This document shows positions 19,456-26,514 of a stretch of DNA of 26,605 nt, piece by piece. The notes under the pieces were generated by a model. That model saw only the letters and a program-made list of their open reading frames with translations. It was not told the origin of the DNA and did not search any database. The first letter of the stretch is position 1. Each line of letters begins with the position of its first letter. This DNA comes from Anaerolineales bacterium (GTDB lineage: Bacteria; Chloroflexota; Anaerolineae; Anaerolineales; UBA6663): the NCBI GenBank assembly GCA_038252885.1, contig JBBRZY010000001.1, forward strand, positions 1 to 26,605. Direction: 5' to 3'. The position numbers were made by a program, and so were the translations under genes.

Positions 19456-20052
19456 CTAAAGCGCTCCTGCGCCGGTCTGCCACTCGCTGCGCAGCAGACC
19501 CATGAGCAGCAGATCGTGGCGCTGGTTGTCGCGCCGCAGCCGCTCGCGCTGGCGGCCCTCGTGCACGAAGCCCAGCTTTTCGTAGGTGTGGATGGCGCGC
19601 GGGTTGTAGCCGAAGACTGAGAGGGTGACCCGGAAGAGGTTGAGGTCGGCAAACGCGAAGCGCAGCAGCAGGCGCATGGCCTCGCTGCCGTAGCCCTGGT
19701 TCCAGTCGGACCGCTGGCCGAGGGCGATGCCGATCCAGGCGTCGCGGTGGGCCCAGGCTGGGATCATCAGGTCGAGCGTGCCCAGCAGCCGGTCATCGGC
19801 CAGGGCGCGGATGCCGAAGAAGTAACCCGCGGGGCCGCGTTCGTCAAACAGGTGCTCGTCCTCCAGGTCCTTACGCAGCTCGGCCAGCGACCAATGGCGG
19901 GCGACGTTGGTTTGCAGCAGGCGCAGAAACTCGCTGTCCTGCGACCAGGCGGCCATGGGCGCGAGGTCGCGGTCCACGTCGAGGGCGGCCAGGCGTAAAC
20001 GCGCTCCTTGTAGCGAGTTCGCCGGAGTGTTGGGGACAGAGGAGGCGGTCAT
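19456..20052 (-). CDS. RimJ/RimL-type GNAT N-acetyltransferase, 198 aa
   Basis: IALGQRSDWNQGYGSEAMRLLLRFAFADLNLFRVTLSVFGYNPRAIHTYEKLGFVHEG; ATG 20052 overlaps the upstream stop. Confidence 0.9.
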   Translation of the reverse strand: MTASSVPNTPANSLQGARLRLAALDVDRDLAPMAAWSQDSEFLRLLQTNVARHWSLAELRKDLEDEHLFDERGPAGYFFGIRALADDRLLGTLDLMIPAWAHRDAWIGIALGQRSDWNQGYGSEAMRLLLRFAFADLNLFRVTLSVFGYNPRAIHTYEKLGFVHEGRQRERLRRDNQRHDLLLMGLLRSEWQTGAGAL

Positions 20053-20666
20053 GGGGCCTCCGCTGTGAGGGCGCGGCGCGCCGCCCATTCGGCGCGCAGC
20101 AGGCCGTACATGAGAAGGTCCCAACGCTGGCCGTCGCGGGCCACGGCCTGGCGGCGGCGCACTTCGAGCGTGAAGGCGTTGCGCTCGCAGAAGCGGATGG
20201 CGCCGAGGTTATAGCCGCCGAGGTAGCCGGCCACGCGGTGCATACCCAGCTCGTCGAAGGTGTAGCGCAAAAGCAGGTCGAGCGCTTCTTGGCCGTAGCC
20301 CTGGCCACGGTCGGCTGGGTCGCCGATGCCTAGGCTGAGGACAGCGGCGCGGTGCATCCAGTCGAGGTTGTGTACGCGCGCAAAGCCAAGCAGCCGGTCG
20401 GGTGTAGGCGCGGTTGCGGCAGCGGCCTCCGTTGCGGGCGAGGCCGGGGCGCGCAGGCGCAGCGCGAAGTGAAAGGTCTTCTCGGCTTCCTTGGCGAGCT
20501 GTTCGTATTTCTTTTTCACCTGGGCCGGTGAGAGTGGGTGGGCCGGGGCGGTGTCGATCAGCCGCAGCCACTGGCCGGCGTGGGTCCAGGCGCTTTCGAT
20601 GGGCGCGTCGGGCTCGGGGTCGACGGCGGTGAGACGGACGCGCGGGCCTTCAAAGAGTTGGGTCAT
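20049..20666 (-). CDS. RimJ/RimL-type GNAT N-acetyltransferase, 205 aa
   Basis: LGIGDPADRGQGYGQEALDLLLRYTFDELGMHRV; SD GAGGAG; ATGA overlap with the ABC ATPase stop. Confidence 0.88.
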   Translation of the reverse strand: MTQLFEGPRVRLTAVDPEPDAPIESAWTHAGQWLRLIDTAPAHPLSPAQVKKKYEQLAKEAEKTFHFALRLRAPASPATEAAAATAPTPDRLLGFARVHNLDWMHRAAVLSLGIGDPADRGQGYGQEALDLLLRYTFDELGMHRVAGYLGGYNLGAIRFCERNAFTLEVRRRQAVARDGQRWDLLMYGLLRAEWAARRALTAEAP

Positions 20667-21487
20667 ACGGGCTCCTCGGCGGCCGGCGCGGGCCGGCGCG
20701 TGAGTGTGAGAAAGACGTCTTCGAGCGTGGCGCACGGCCCAGGGGCCAGGCGCTGCTTGAGGGCGGCGGGCGTGTCGAGCGCCACCAGCCGGCCGCTGTC
20801 GACGACGGCCACGCGGTCGCACAGGCGCTCGGCTTCGGCCATGTCGTGCGTGGTCAGCAGCACGGTGGTGGCGTGCGTGGCGCGCAGCTCTTGGATGAAG
20901 TCTTGCACGTCGCGGCGGGCGCGCGGGTCGAGGCCGGTGGTGGGCTCATCGAGCAGCAGCACGCTCGGCTCGGCCAAAAACGCGCGGGCGATGGTGACCT
21001 TTTGCTGTGTGCCACGGCTGAGGGCTTCCATGGGCCGGTAGAGCGCGGAGGCGGGCATGCCCAGCCGTTGCAGCAGTTCGACGACGCGGCGGCGCGTTTC
21101 GGCCGGGCGGCTGGCGTATTGCCGCGCGCCATATAGCAAGTTCTCGATCGGCGAGAGCTTCTTAAAGAAGGCGGCGTCGGGCGCGACCGGGCCGAAGCGG
21201 CCAAAGGCGGCCGGCGCGGCGGGGTCGTGGCCGAAGAGCGCCACCTGCCCGGCGTCGGGCGCGAGCTGCAAGGCCAGCAGGCGCACCAGGGTGGTCTTGC
21301 CGCTGCCATTGGGGCCGACGAGGCCGAAGATCTCGCCGCGGTGCACGTCGAAGGTGAGGTGATCGACGGCGACGGTGGCGCGGGCCGGCCGCAGGGTGCC
21401 GCCGTTGGGAACGCGGGTGAGCGGGCTATGAGGTTGGGGGGCAAAAGTTTTCACCGCGTTGTCGACGCGGATGGCCAGGTCTGACAT
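20663..21487 (-). CDS. ABC transporter ATP-binding protein (DrrA-like exporter type), 274 aa
   Basis: Walker A GPNGSGKT, signature LSRGTQQK, Walker B LLLDEPT, H-loop LTTHD; SD GGGGAGG before ATG 21487. Confidence 0.9.
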   Translation of the reverse strand: MSDLAIRVDNAVKTFAPQPHSPLTRVPNGGTLRPARATVAVDHLTFDVHRGEIFGLVGPNGSGKTTLVRLLALQLAPDAGQVALFGHDPAAPAAFGRFGPVAPDAAFFKKLSPIENLLYGARQYASRPAETRRRVVELLQRLGMPASALYRPMEALSRGTQQKVTIARAFLAEPSVLLLDEPTTGLDPRARRDVQDFIQELRATHATTVLLTTHDMAEAERLCDRVAVVDSGRLVALDTPAALKQRLAPGPCATLEDVFLTLTRRPAPAAEEPV

Positions 21488-21518
21488 CGGAACCTCCCCA
21501 GCGCGCAAGCACTGAGCG

Positions 21519-21560
21519 AAAAAAAGGGCCGTGAGCGAAGGAACTTCGCGCTCACGGCCC
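21519..21560 (-). terminator. leader terminator T2
   Basis: GGGCCGUGAG(CG)CGAAG-uuc-CUUCGCUCACGGCCC, 15 bp with a 2-nt bulge, followed by U7. Confidence 0.85.
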
Positions 21561-21578
21561 GCTCAGGGCTTGGTCGGT

Positions 21579-21619
21579 AAAAAAAAGGACCGTGGGCGCT
21601 ATTGCGGCGCCCACGGCCC
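21579..21619 (-). terminator. leader terminator T1
   Basis: 13-bp stem GGGCCGUGGGCGC / GCGCCCACGGUCC, 7-nt loop, followed by U8. Confidence 0.85.
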
Positions 21620-21644
21620 AGGAAGTCCGTTTAGAAGAACGGGT

Positions 21645-21740
21645 TTACTCTGGGCAACAGGCGCAATCCGACATAGAAAATCCGCCAACGGGGGCGCTGG
21701 TGGCGGCGATGAGAAAATCGGGCTTCTTGAATGTCACCAT
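21645..21740 (-). CDS. putative 31-aa leader peptide MVTFKKPDFLIAATSAPVGGFSMSDCACCPE
   Basis: Only ATG-initiated reading frame found between the promoter and T1; SD is weak or distant (AAGAAAGG 16 nt upstream); inner ATG gives MSDCACCPE. Confidence 0.55.
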   Translation of the reverse strand: MVTFKKPDFLIAATSAPVGGFSMSDCACCPE

Positions 21741-21775
21741 ATGTCGTGAGCCTGTGCCTTTCTTAGAGTGGGTGC

Positions 21776-21805
21776 AGTCTACCATAGGGCGGCGGGCGAA
21801 GTCAA
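21776..21805 (-). promoter_or_regulatory. sigma70-type promoter of the GNAT operon
   Basis: TTGACT, 18-bp spacer ending TG-n, TAGACT; A/T-rich tract just upstream. Confidence 0.7.
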
Positions 21806-21860
21806 TAAGATTTTTTGGGGGAGGCGCGCTAGGCGGCGGGGGCGACTGAACCTTTACGCC

Positions 21861-22063
21861 CAGGGCAATCGCATGTTAGTTCCGTAGGTTGAGAAATACT
21901 CAAAAGCTGCTCCGAAATTGGACCTGGCTGTGACCACCCGAGACGCTGCGCGTCACCCCCCACAGAAGGAGCGCTGAGATGAGCGACCTGACGGGGGGCT
22001 TCGAAATGACAGTTAAACGGGGCTGGTCAGTCAACGCCGTGCAAATTAGATGCAATTGCCCTG
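21861..22063. mobile_element. 203-bp MITE / internally deleted IS, ISAs1-like ends
   Basis: 14-bp terminal IRs CAGGGCAATCGCAT / ATGCAATTGCCCTG (13/14) flanked by a 10-bp direct repeat CCTTTACGCC (21851-21860, 22064-22073); no transposase. Confidence 0.85.
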
Positions 22064-22065
22064 CC

Positions 22066-22095
22066 TTTACGCCCGGCGCGATTTATAGGTATCAT
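22066..22095 (+). promoter_or_regulatory. putative promoter of the rightward operon
   Basis: TTTACG, 18 bp, TATCAT; the -35 lies inside the duplicated target site. Confidence 0.45.
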
Positions 22096-22170
22096 GTTCG
22101 GCATGAATGGCATGACTGCTTCGCCCTTGAGTCTCCCGAGTGCTCAGCCTGTGGCGCTCCCGGTGCATCT

Positions 22171-22797
22171 GTGAAACTGGCCATCTTCGGCGCTACCGGG
22201 CAGACCGGGCGGTTGGTGGCGCAGCAGGCGCTGGCAGCGGGGCATGGCGTGACGGCGCTCGGGCGCGACCCGGCGCGGGTGACGCCGGCGGCCGGCCTGC
22301 GGCTGGTGCGCGGCGATGTGCGCGACGCGGCGGCGGTGGCGCAGGCGATTGAGGGGGCAGAGGCGGTGGTGAGCGTGCTGGGGCCGAGCCGCAACGCGCC
22401 GGACTTTGCGGTGAGCGCGGGCACGGCCAATATCGTGGCGGCCATGCGCGCCGCCGGCCTGCGCCGGTTGATCGTGACCAGCGGCGCGGCGGTGCGCGAT
22501 CCGTTGGATCGGCCGGGGCTGTTCGACAATTTGATCGCGGCCTTGGTGCGGCGCGCGGCGCGGTATGTGTATGAAGACATGGCGCGGACGGTGGCGCTGG
22601 TGCGCGCCAGCGATTTGGATTGGACGGTGCTGCGCGTGCCCCGGCTGACCGATGGCCCGGTGACCGGCCGCTGGCGTCTGGGCTATGTGGGGGCGGGCAC
22701 CGGCCTGCGCCTGGCGCGCGCCGACCTGGCCGGGTGTGTGCTGGCGCAGTTGAACGACCCAGCTTATGTGCGGCGGGCGCCGGCGGTGAGCAATTAG
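22171..22797 (+). CDS. NAD(P)H-binding protein (BVR-B / flavin reductase-like atypical SDR), ~208 aa
   Basis: MKLAIFGATGQTG Rossmann start at GTG 22171; VRGDVRD, VVSVLG, DLDWTVLRVPRL; frame is open back to ATG 21979. Confidence 0.85.
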   Translation: MKLAIFGATGQTGRLVAQQALAAGHGVTALGRDPARVTPAAGLRLVRGDVRDAAAVAQAIEGAEAVVSVLGPSRNAPDFAVSAGTANIVAAMRAAGLRRLIVTSGAAVRDPLDRPGLFDNLIAALVRRAARYVYEDMARTVALVRASDLDWTVLRVPRLTDGPVTGRWRLGYVGAGTGLRLARADLAGCVLAQLNDPAYVRRAPAVSN

Positions 22798-23292
22798 ATG
22801 CCGCCGGCCCTGATCATCCTCTTCGGCCTGCCGGGCGCGGGCAAGTCGTTTGCGGGGCGGCTGCTGCGCGACGAGTTCGGCTATCATTTCCATGAAGCGG
22901 ATGACGATATTCCGGCCGACTACAAGCGCGATGTGGCGGCGGGGCAGGTGGTGTCGGACGAGCGGCGCGACGCCTATCACCGGCGGCTGGTCGAGCGCGT
23001 GGCCGCGCTGGCGGGCGAGCACCCACGCCTGGCGGTGGCGGTGCCGCTGCTGCGCGACAAGCACCGCCACTGGTTGGCCGAGCGCTTCCCCGCCGCCGTG
23101 TTCGCGCTGGTGACCTGCGCCAGCGAGCCGTGGGAGGCGCGGCTGGCGGCCCGCACGCACACTGTGGGGCTAGACTATGCGCGCAAGATTGTGGCGCTGT
23201 ACGAGCCGCCGACGCTGCCGCACGCGACGCTGGACGACAGCGCCGAGGGGGCTGCGCCGCTGCTGGAGCAGTTGCGGCGGCAGTTGAATTGA
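22798..23292 (+). CDS. P-loop kinase / AAA_33-like protein, 164 aa
   Basis: LIILFGLPGAGKS Walker A, EADD; ATG directly abuts the previous stop. Confidence 0.75.
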   Translation: MPPALIILFGLPGAGKSFAGRLLRDEFGYHFHEADDDIPADYKRDVAAGQVVSDERRDAYHRRLVERVAALAGEHPRLAVAVPLLRDKHRHWLAERFPAAVFALVTCASEPWEARLAARTHTVGLDYARKIVALYEPPTLPHATLDDSAEGAAPLLEQLRRQLN

Positions 23293-23317
23293 CACCGACT
23301 CTCGATTGGAGCAACCC

Positions 23318-24475
23318 ATGCCTGTGACCATTGACGCCGCCTTCGCCCTTGCCACGCTGGCCGAGTTGGTGCGCATCAACTCGATCAACCCCACGCTGGT
23401 GCCGGGTGCGCCGGGTGAGGCCGAGATCGCCGCGCACGTGGCGGGCAGGCTGGAGCGCAGTGGGCTGGAGGTGCACACGCACGCGCCGGAGCCGGGGCGG
23501 GTGAGTGTGGTGGGGGTGCTGCGCGGCAGCGGCGGCGGGCGCAGCCTGATGCTCAACGCGCATGTGGATACGGTGGGCGTGGACGGTATGGCCGAGCCGT
23601 TCTCCGGCGCGGTGCGGGAGGGGCGGCTGTATGGGCGCGGAGCGTATGATATGAAGGGGAGCCTGGCCGCCTGCCTGACGGCCGCGCAGGCGCTGGCGCA
23701 ATCACCCCAGCGGCTGCGCGGCGATGTGCTGGTGGCGGCGGTGGCCGACGAGGAGTACGCCAGCCTGGGCACGGCTGACTTGATTGACCGCTACCCGGTG
23801 GACGGCGCGGTGGTGACTGAGCCGACGCACTTGGACTTGTGTCTGGCGCACAAGGGCTTTACCTGGGTGACGGTGGAGACGTTCGGCCGCGCGGCGCACG
23901 GCAGCCGGGTTGACTTGGGGGTGGACGCGAACTTGAGGATGGGCCGCTTCTTGGGCGCGCTGGACGGGCTGGAGCGCGAATTGCGCGCTCGGACGCCGCA
24001 CCCGCTGGTGGGGCCGCCGTCGCTGCACGCGGCGCTGCTGGCGGGCGGCACGGGCCTGAGCACCTACGCCGCGCACAGCCAGGTGCAGATCGAGCGCCGG
24101 ACGATCCCGGGTGAGAGCGAGGCGCAGGTGGTGGCCGAGCTAGAGGCGCTGGTGCGCGCGCTGGCAGCGGCTGACCCGAGCTTTGAGGCCAAGGTGACGG
24201 CGTTCTTCTCGCGCCAGCCGTTTGAGGTGGCGCCTGAGGCGCGGCTGGTGCAGACGCTTCAGCGGGCGGTGACGGCGGTGCGCGGGCAGCCGCCGGCGCT
24301 GACCGGCCAGACGCCGTGGATGGACTCGGCGCTGCTGGCGGCGGCGGGCGTGGAGACGGTGGTGCTTGGCCCGACCGGCGCGGGCGCGCACGCCGCCGAG
24401 GAGTGGGTGGAGGTGCAGTCGGTGTGCGATTTGGCGCAGGCGTTGGTGCTGGCCGCCGAAGACTACTGTGGGTAG
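23318..24475 (+). CDS. M20 family ArgE/DapE-like deacylase, 385 aa
   Basis: LNAHVDTV, GRGAYDMKG, ADEE, EPT, AAHGS, WMDSA, GPTGAGAHAAEE; SD GGAG before ATG 23318. Confidence 0.9.
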   Translation: MPVTIDAAFALATLAELVRINSINPTLVPGAPGEAEIAAHVAGRLERSGLEVHTHAPEPGRVSVVGVLRGSGGGRSLMLNAHVDTVGVDGMAEPFSGAVREGRLYGRGAYDMKGSLAACLTAAQALAQSPQRLRGDVLVAAVADEEYASLGTADLIDRYPVDGAVVTEPTHLDLCLAHKGFTWVTVETFGRAAHGSRVDLGVDANLRMGRFLGALDGLERELRARTPHPLVGPPSLHAALLAGGTGLSTYAAHSQVQIERRTIPGESEAQVVAELEALVRALAAADPSFEAKVTAFFSRQPFEVAPEARLVQTLQRAVTAVRGQPPALTGQTPWMDSALLAAAGVETVVLGPTGAGAHAAEEWVEVQSVCDLAQALVLAAEDYCG

Positions 24476-24506
24476 TAGCCGGGGTGCGAATGGCGGAGAG
24501 AAAAGA

Positions 24507-24548
24507 GAAAGAGAAAAAGAAAAAGGTAGGGCCGAGGCAGCACCCTAC
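24507..24548 (+). repeat. purine tract plus GTAG-type REP-like hairpin
   Basis: GAAAGAGAAAAAGAAAA identical to 2263-2279, both followed after 2 nt by GTAGGGC; here GTAGGG-N11-CCCTAC. Confidence 0.55.
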
Positions 24549-24598
24549 TTTTATTCGTTCGCTATTTAGCCGTTGATGTTTGAAAAAGGAGGTCGGCC

Positions 24599-24700
24599 TT
24601 GAACGGCCGTCCTCCAATTCAGAATCTGGGCACTGCTCGCATTGGTGGGCTGCCAAGGCTGGGGCGGACCAGGCGATTTGCTCGATTCGACGGTCAGTAG
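24599..24700 (+). CDS. unannotated 33-aa Arg-rich peptide MNGRPPIQNLGTARIGGLPRLGRTRRFARFDGQ
   Basis: AGGAGGT SD 5 nt before TTG; gap-free paralog at 24906 with many synonymous changes. Confidence 0.65.
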   Translation: MNGRPPIQNLGTARIGGLPRLGRTRRFARFDGQ

Positions 24701-24765
24701 TGTTCAACGTCTGGGGGCCGTCGCAGCGCAAGATGGACGAATGAAAGCAACTATCTGACCCTTCA

Positions 24766-24817
24766 CGAAAAAACTAAGTGGATGGCAGTCAGGCCTGCCA
24801 TCCACTTAGTTTTTTCG
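24766..24817. terminator. perfect 23-bp inverted repeat, probable bidirectional terminator
   Basis: CGAAAAAACTAAGTGGATGGCAG-tcaggc-CTGCCATCCACTTAGTTTTTTCG. Confidence 0.85.
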
Positions 24818-24905
24818 TTGGCACGCGCACACGGCTGCGACAGACCTAACCGCTTGGTGCGGCGGGGTGTCCAGACTAATGATCCTTGGTAAAAGGAGGT
24901 CGCAC

Positions 24906-24983
24906 GTGAAGGGACGGCTCCCAATTCAGAATCCGGGCACTGCGCGCATTACCGAGCTGCTAAGGCGGGGACGGACGAGATAA
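24906..24983 (+). CDS. unannotated 25-aa Arg-rich peptide MKGRLPIQNPGTARITELLRRGRTR (paralog of 24599-24700)
   Basis: AGGAGGT SD 5 nt before GTG; homology continues past the TAA to FDGQ-stop at 25007. Confidence 0.6.
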   Translation: MKGRLPIQNPGTARITELLRRGRTR

Positions 24984-25135
24984 TACTCGTTATTCGACGG
25001 TCAATAATCGGGTGAGCTGTCTCCCCCGCCACACGGCCGGGTGGTGATGGAGGCTGCGAGCGGGGGTTCGGATGGACCGGGCCGAGGAGCGGGTGATGGG
25101 CCAGCGGCCGGAAGCGGGCGCGTTGCGCGGTAAAC

Positions 25136-25176
25136 GAAAAATGCCGGGGAAGTCAGCACGCTTGACTTCCCCGGCA
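25136..25176 (-). terminator. intrinsic terminator of the general-stress gene
   Basis: 14-bp perfect stem TGCCGGGGAAGTCA / TGACTTCCCCGGCA (25142-25176) with a T5 tail on the minus strand. Confidence 0.8.
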
Positions 25177-25204
25177 CTTGTATTGTTGCAAAGGCTGGCG
25201 CGAC

Positions 25205-26122
25205 TTACCGAATGGTTGCCTTGACGTTCTCCCAGGCGGTGCGCACGGCGAGCTTGAAGTCGGCCCAGGTGTTGTTGGGGTAGCGCGTCTCCCACTCGCG
25301 CTGGGCGTCGGGCTCCACGCGTTCCCAGTCGTAGTCCTTGTAGCGCGGGTCGGCCCGCAGGGTTTGGCCGTAGACGTAGGCCGGGCGGTAGACGTCAAAG
25401 TCGCGGCCGGTGGCGGCGAGGGCTTCGTCATAGTGGCGGCGGAAGTAGCTCTCGTCGTCATCGTAGCGGCTGGCCGGATCGACACTTTCGGCCAGGCCAT
25501 AGATGCGGCGCTCGGCGGCTACCTGTTCGCCGGTGTAAGGTTCAGACGTCGGGCTGTAGCCGGTCCAGCCGTTGGCGCGCCAGTCGGCCGCGCGGCGCTC
25601 GACATCGACCGCGTAGTGGCGGCTAAGGATGCCGCGCACCGCCTCGGCCTGGTCATCGGAGGCGTTCACCGTCACCAGTGCGCCGCCGCGCCGCACGCCC
25701 TCGGCGTAGTAGTGGGCCTGATCTTCCGGCACGCCCAGGTCGACCAGCGCGCCCAGCAGGCCGCCGGCCAGGCCGCCGCTGACTGCGCCCATGCCGACGC
25801 CGAAGATGCCGCTGAGGACCGTAGCCAGCGGGCCGGCCGCCAGCACCGGGCCGATGCCGGGCAGCACCAGCGCGCCCAGGCCGACCATGAGCCCGGCCAG
25901 GCCGCCCAGCACCGCGCCCATGCCCGCGCCGGTGGCGGTGGCGTCGCGGTGGACGGGGGTGGTGGTGGCCCAATCGGCCCCGTTGAGGCTCTGCGTGTAC
26001 GTGCCGGTGACGTCGTGCGCCACCAGGCTGACATCGCTGCTGGGCAAGCCCAGCTCGCGCAAATCGCGCACGGCCGCGTGGGCGGCGTCGAGGTTGTCAA
26101 ATAGTCCGGCGATAGTTTTCAT
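25205..26122 (-). CDS. general stress protein (YflT/17M-like N-terminus, glycine-zipper membrane segment), 305 aa
   Basis: MKTIAGLFDNLDAAHAAVRDL, GAGMGAVLGGLAGL...GIGPVLAAG...GGLLGALVDLGVPE.AHYYAEGVRRGG; SD AAGGAG. Confidence 0.75.
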   Translation of the reverse strand: MKTIAGLFDNLDAAHAAVRDLRELGLPSSDVSLVAHDVTGTYTQSLNGADWATTTPVHRDATATGAGMGAVLGGLAGLMVGLGALVLPGIGPVLAAGPLATVLSGIFGVGMGAVSGGLAGGLLGALVDLGVPEDQAHYYAEGVRRGGALVTVNASDDQAEAVRGILSRHYAVDVERRAADWRANGWTGYSPTSEPYTGEQVAAERRIYGLAESVDPASRYDDDESYFRRHYDEALAATGRDFDVYRPAYVYGQTLRADPRYKDYDWERVEPDAQREWETRYPNNTWADFKLAVRTAWENVKATIR

Positions 26123-26359
26123 GGGCTCACTCCTTAGGGGCTGCGAACAACGATCACACGCTCAGCCTGACGTTTACCATAGCAGACGGGAGGGGGTTTG
26201 CCTGTCGGCGCGCGGCTGAAAGGCGTGTCAGCCGTTGGCTTACGGGCCAGGGGGAGCATTTCAGTCTGGGGGCCAATTGTGTAAAAGGCTCGGTGGCGGC
26301 AACGTCGAGATAGGTTCTCACCGCAAGGGGAGGTTGTGAAAGGTCGTATCTGACCGAAG

Positions 26360-26415
26360 GAAATTTTTACCAGGGGGTCGGTGGGCAAGCCCACCTTCCC
26401 CCTGGTAAAAATTTC
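26360..26415. repeat. 56-bp near-perfect palindrome
   Basis: 18-bp arms GAAATTTTTACCAGGGGG / CCCCCTGGTAAAAATTTC, 2x2 internal loop, 7-bp GGTGGGC / GCCCACC, 2-nt centre. Confidence 0.9.
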
Positions 26416-26514
26416 TGGCTGGCCCAAAACGGCAGCGGCCCGAATGGGCGTGTAAACCCGCTGGCGGCAGGGATAGGTGCGCCGGTCAGTCAATCACCCC
26501 GGCGGCGCGGCGCG

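Noticed and set aside
21490-21770. T-box or known metabolite riboswitch in the leader
   Set aside because: No T-box UGGNACC bulge or recognisable aptamer consensus seen by eye; an Rfam scan would be needed to exclude one fully.
26360-26415. Resemblance to a 56-bp protelomerase (telRL) site
   Set aside because: The centre (AA) is not self-complementary and no protelomerase gene is present; the length match is coincidental.
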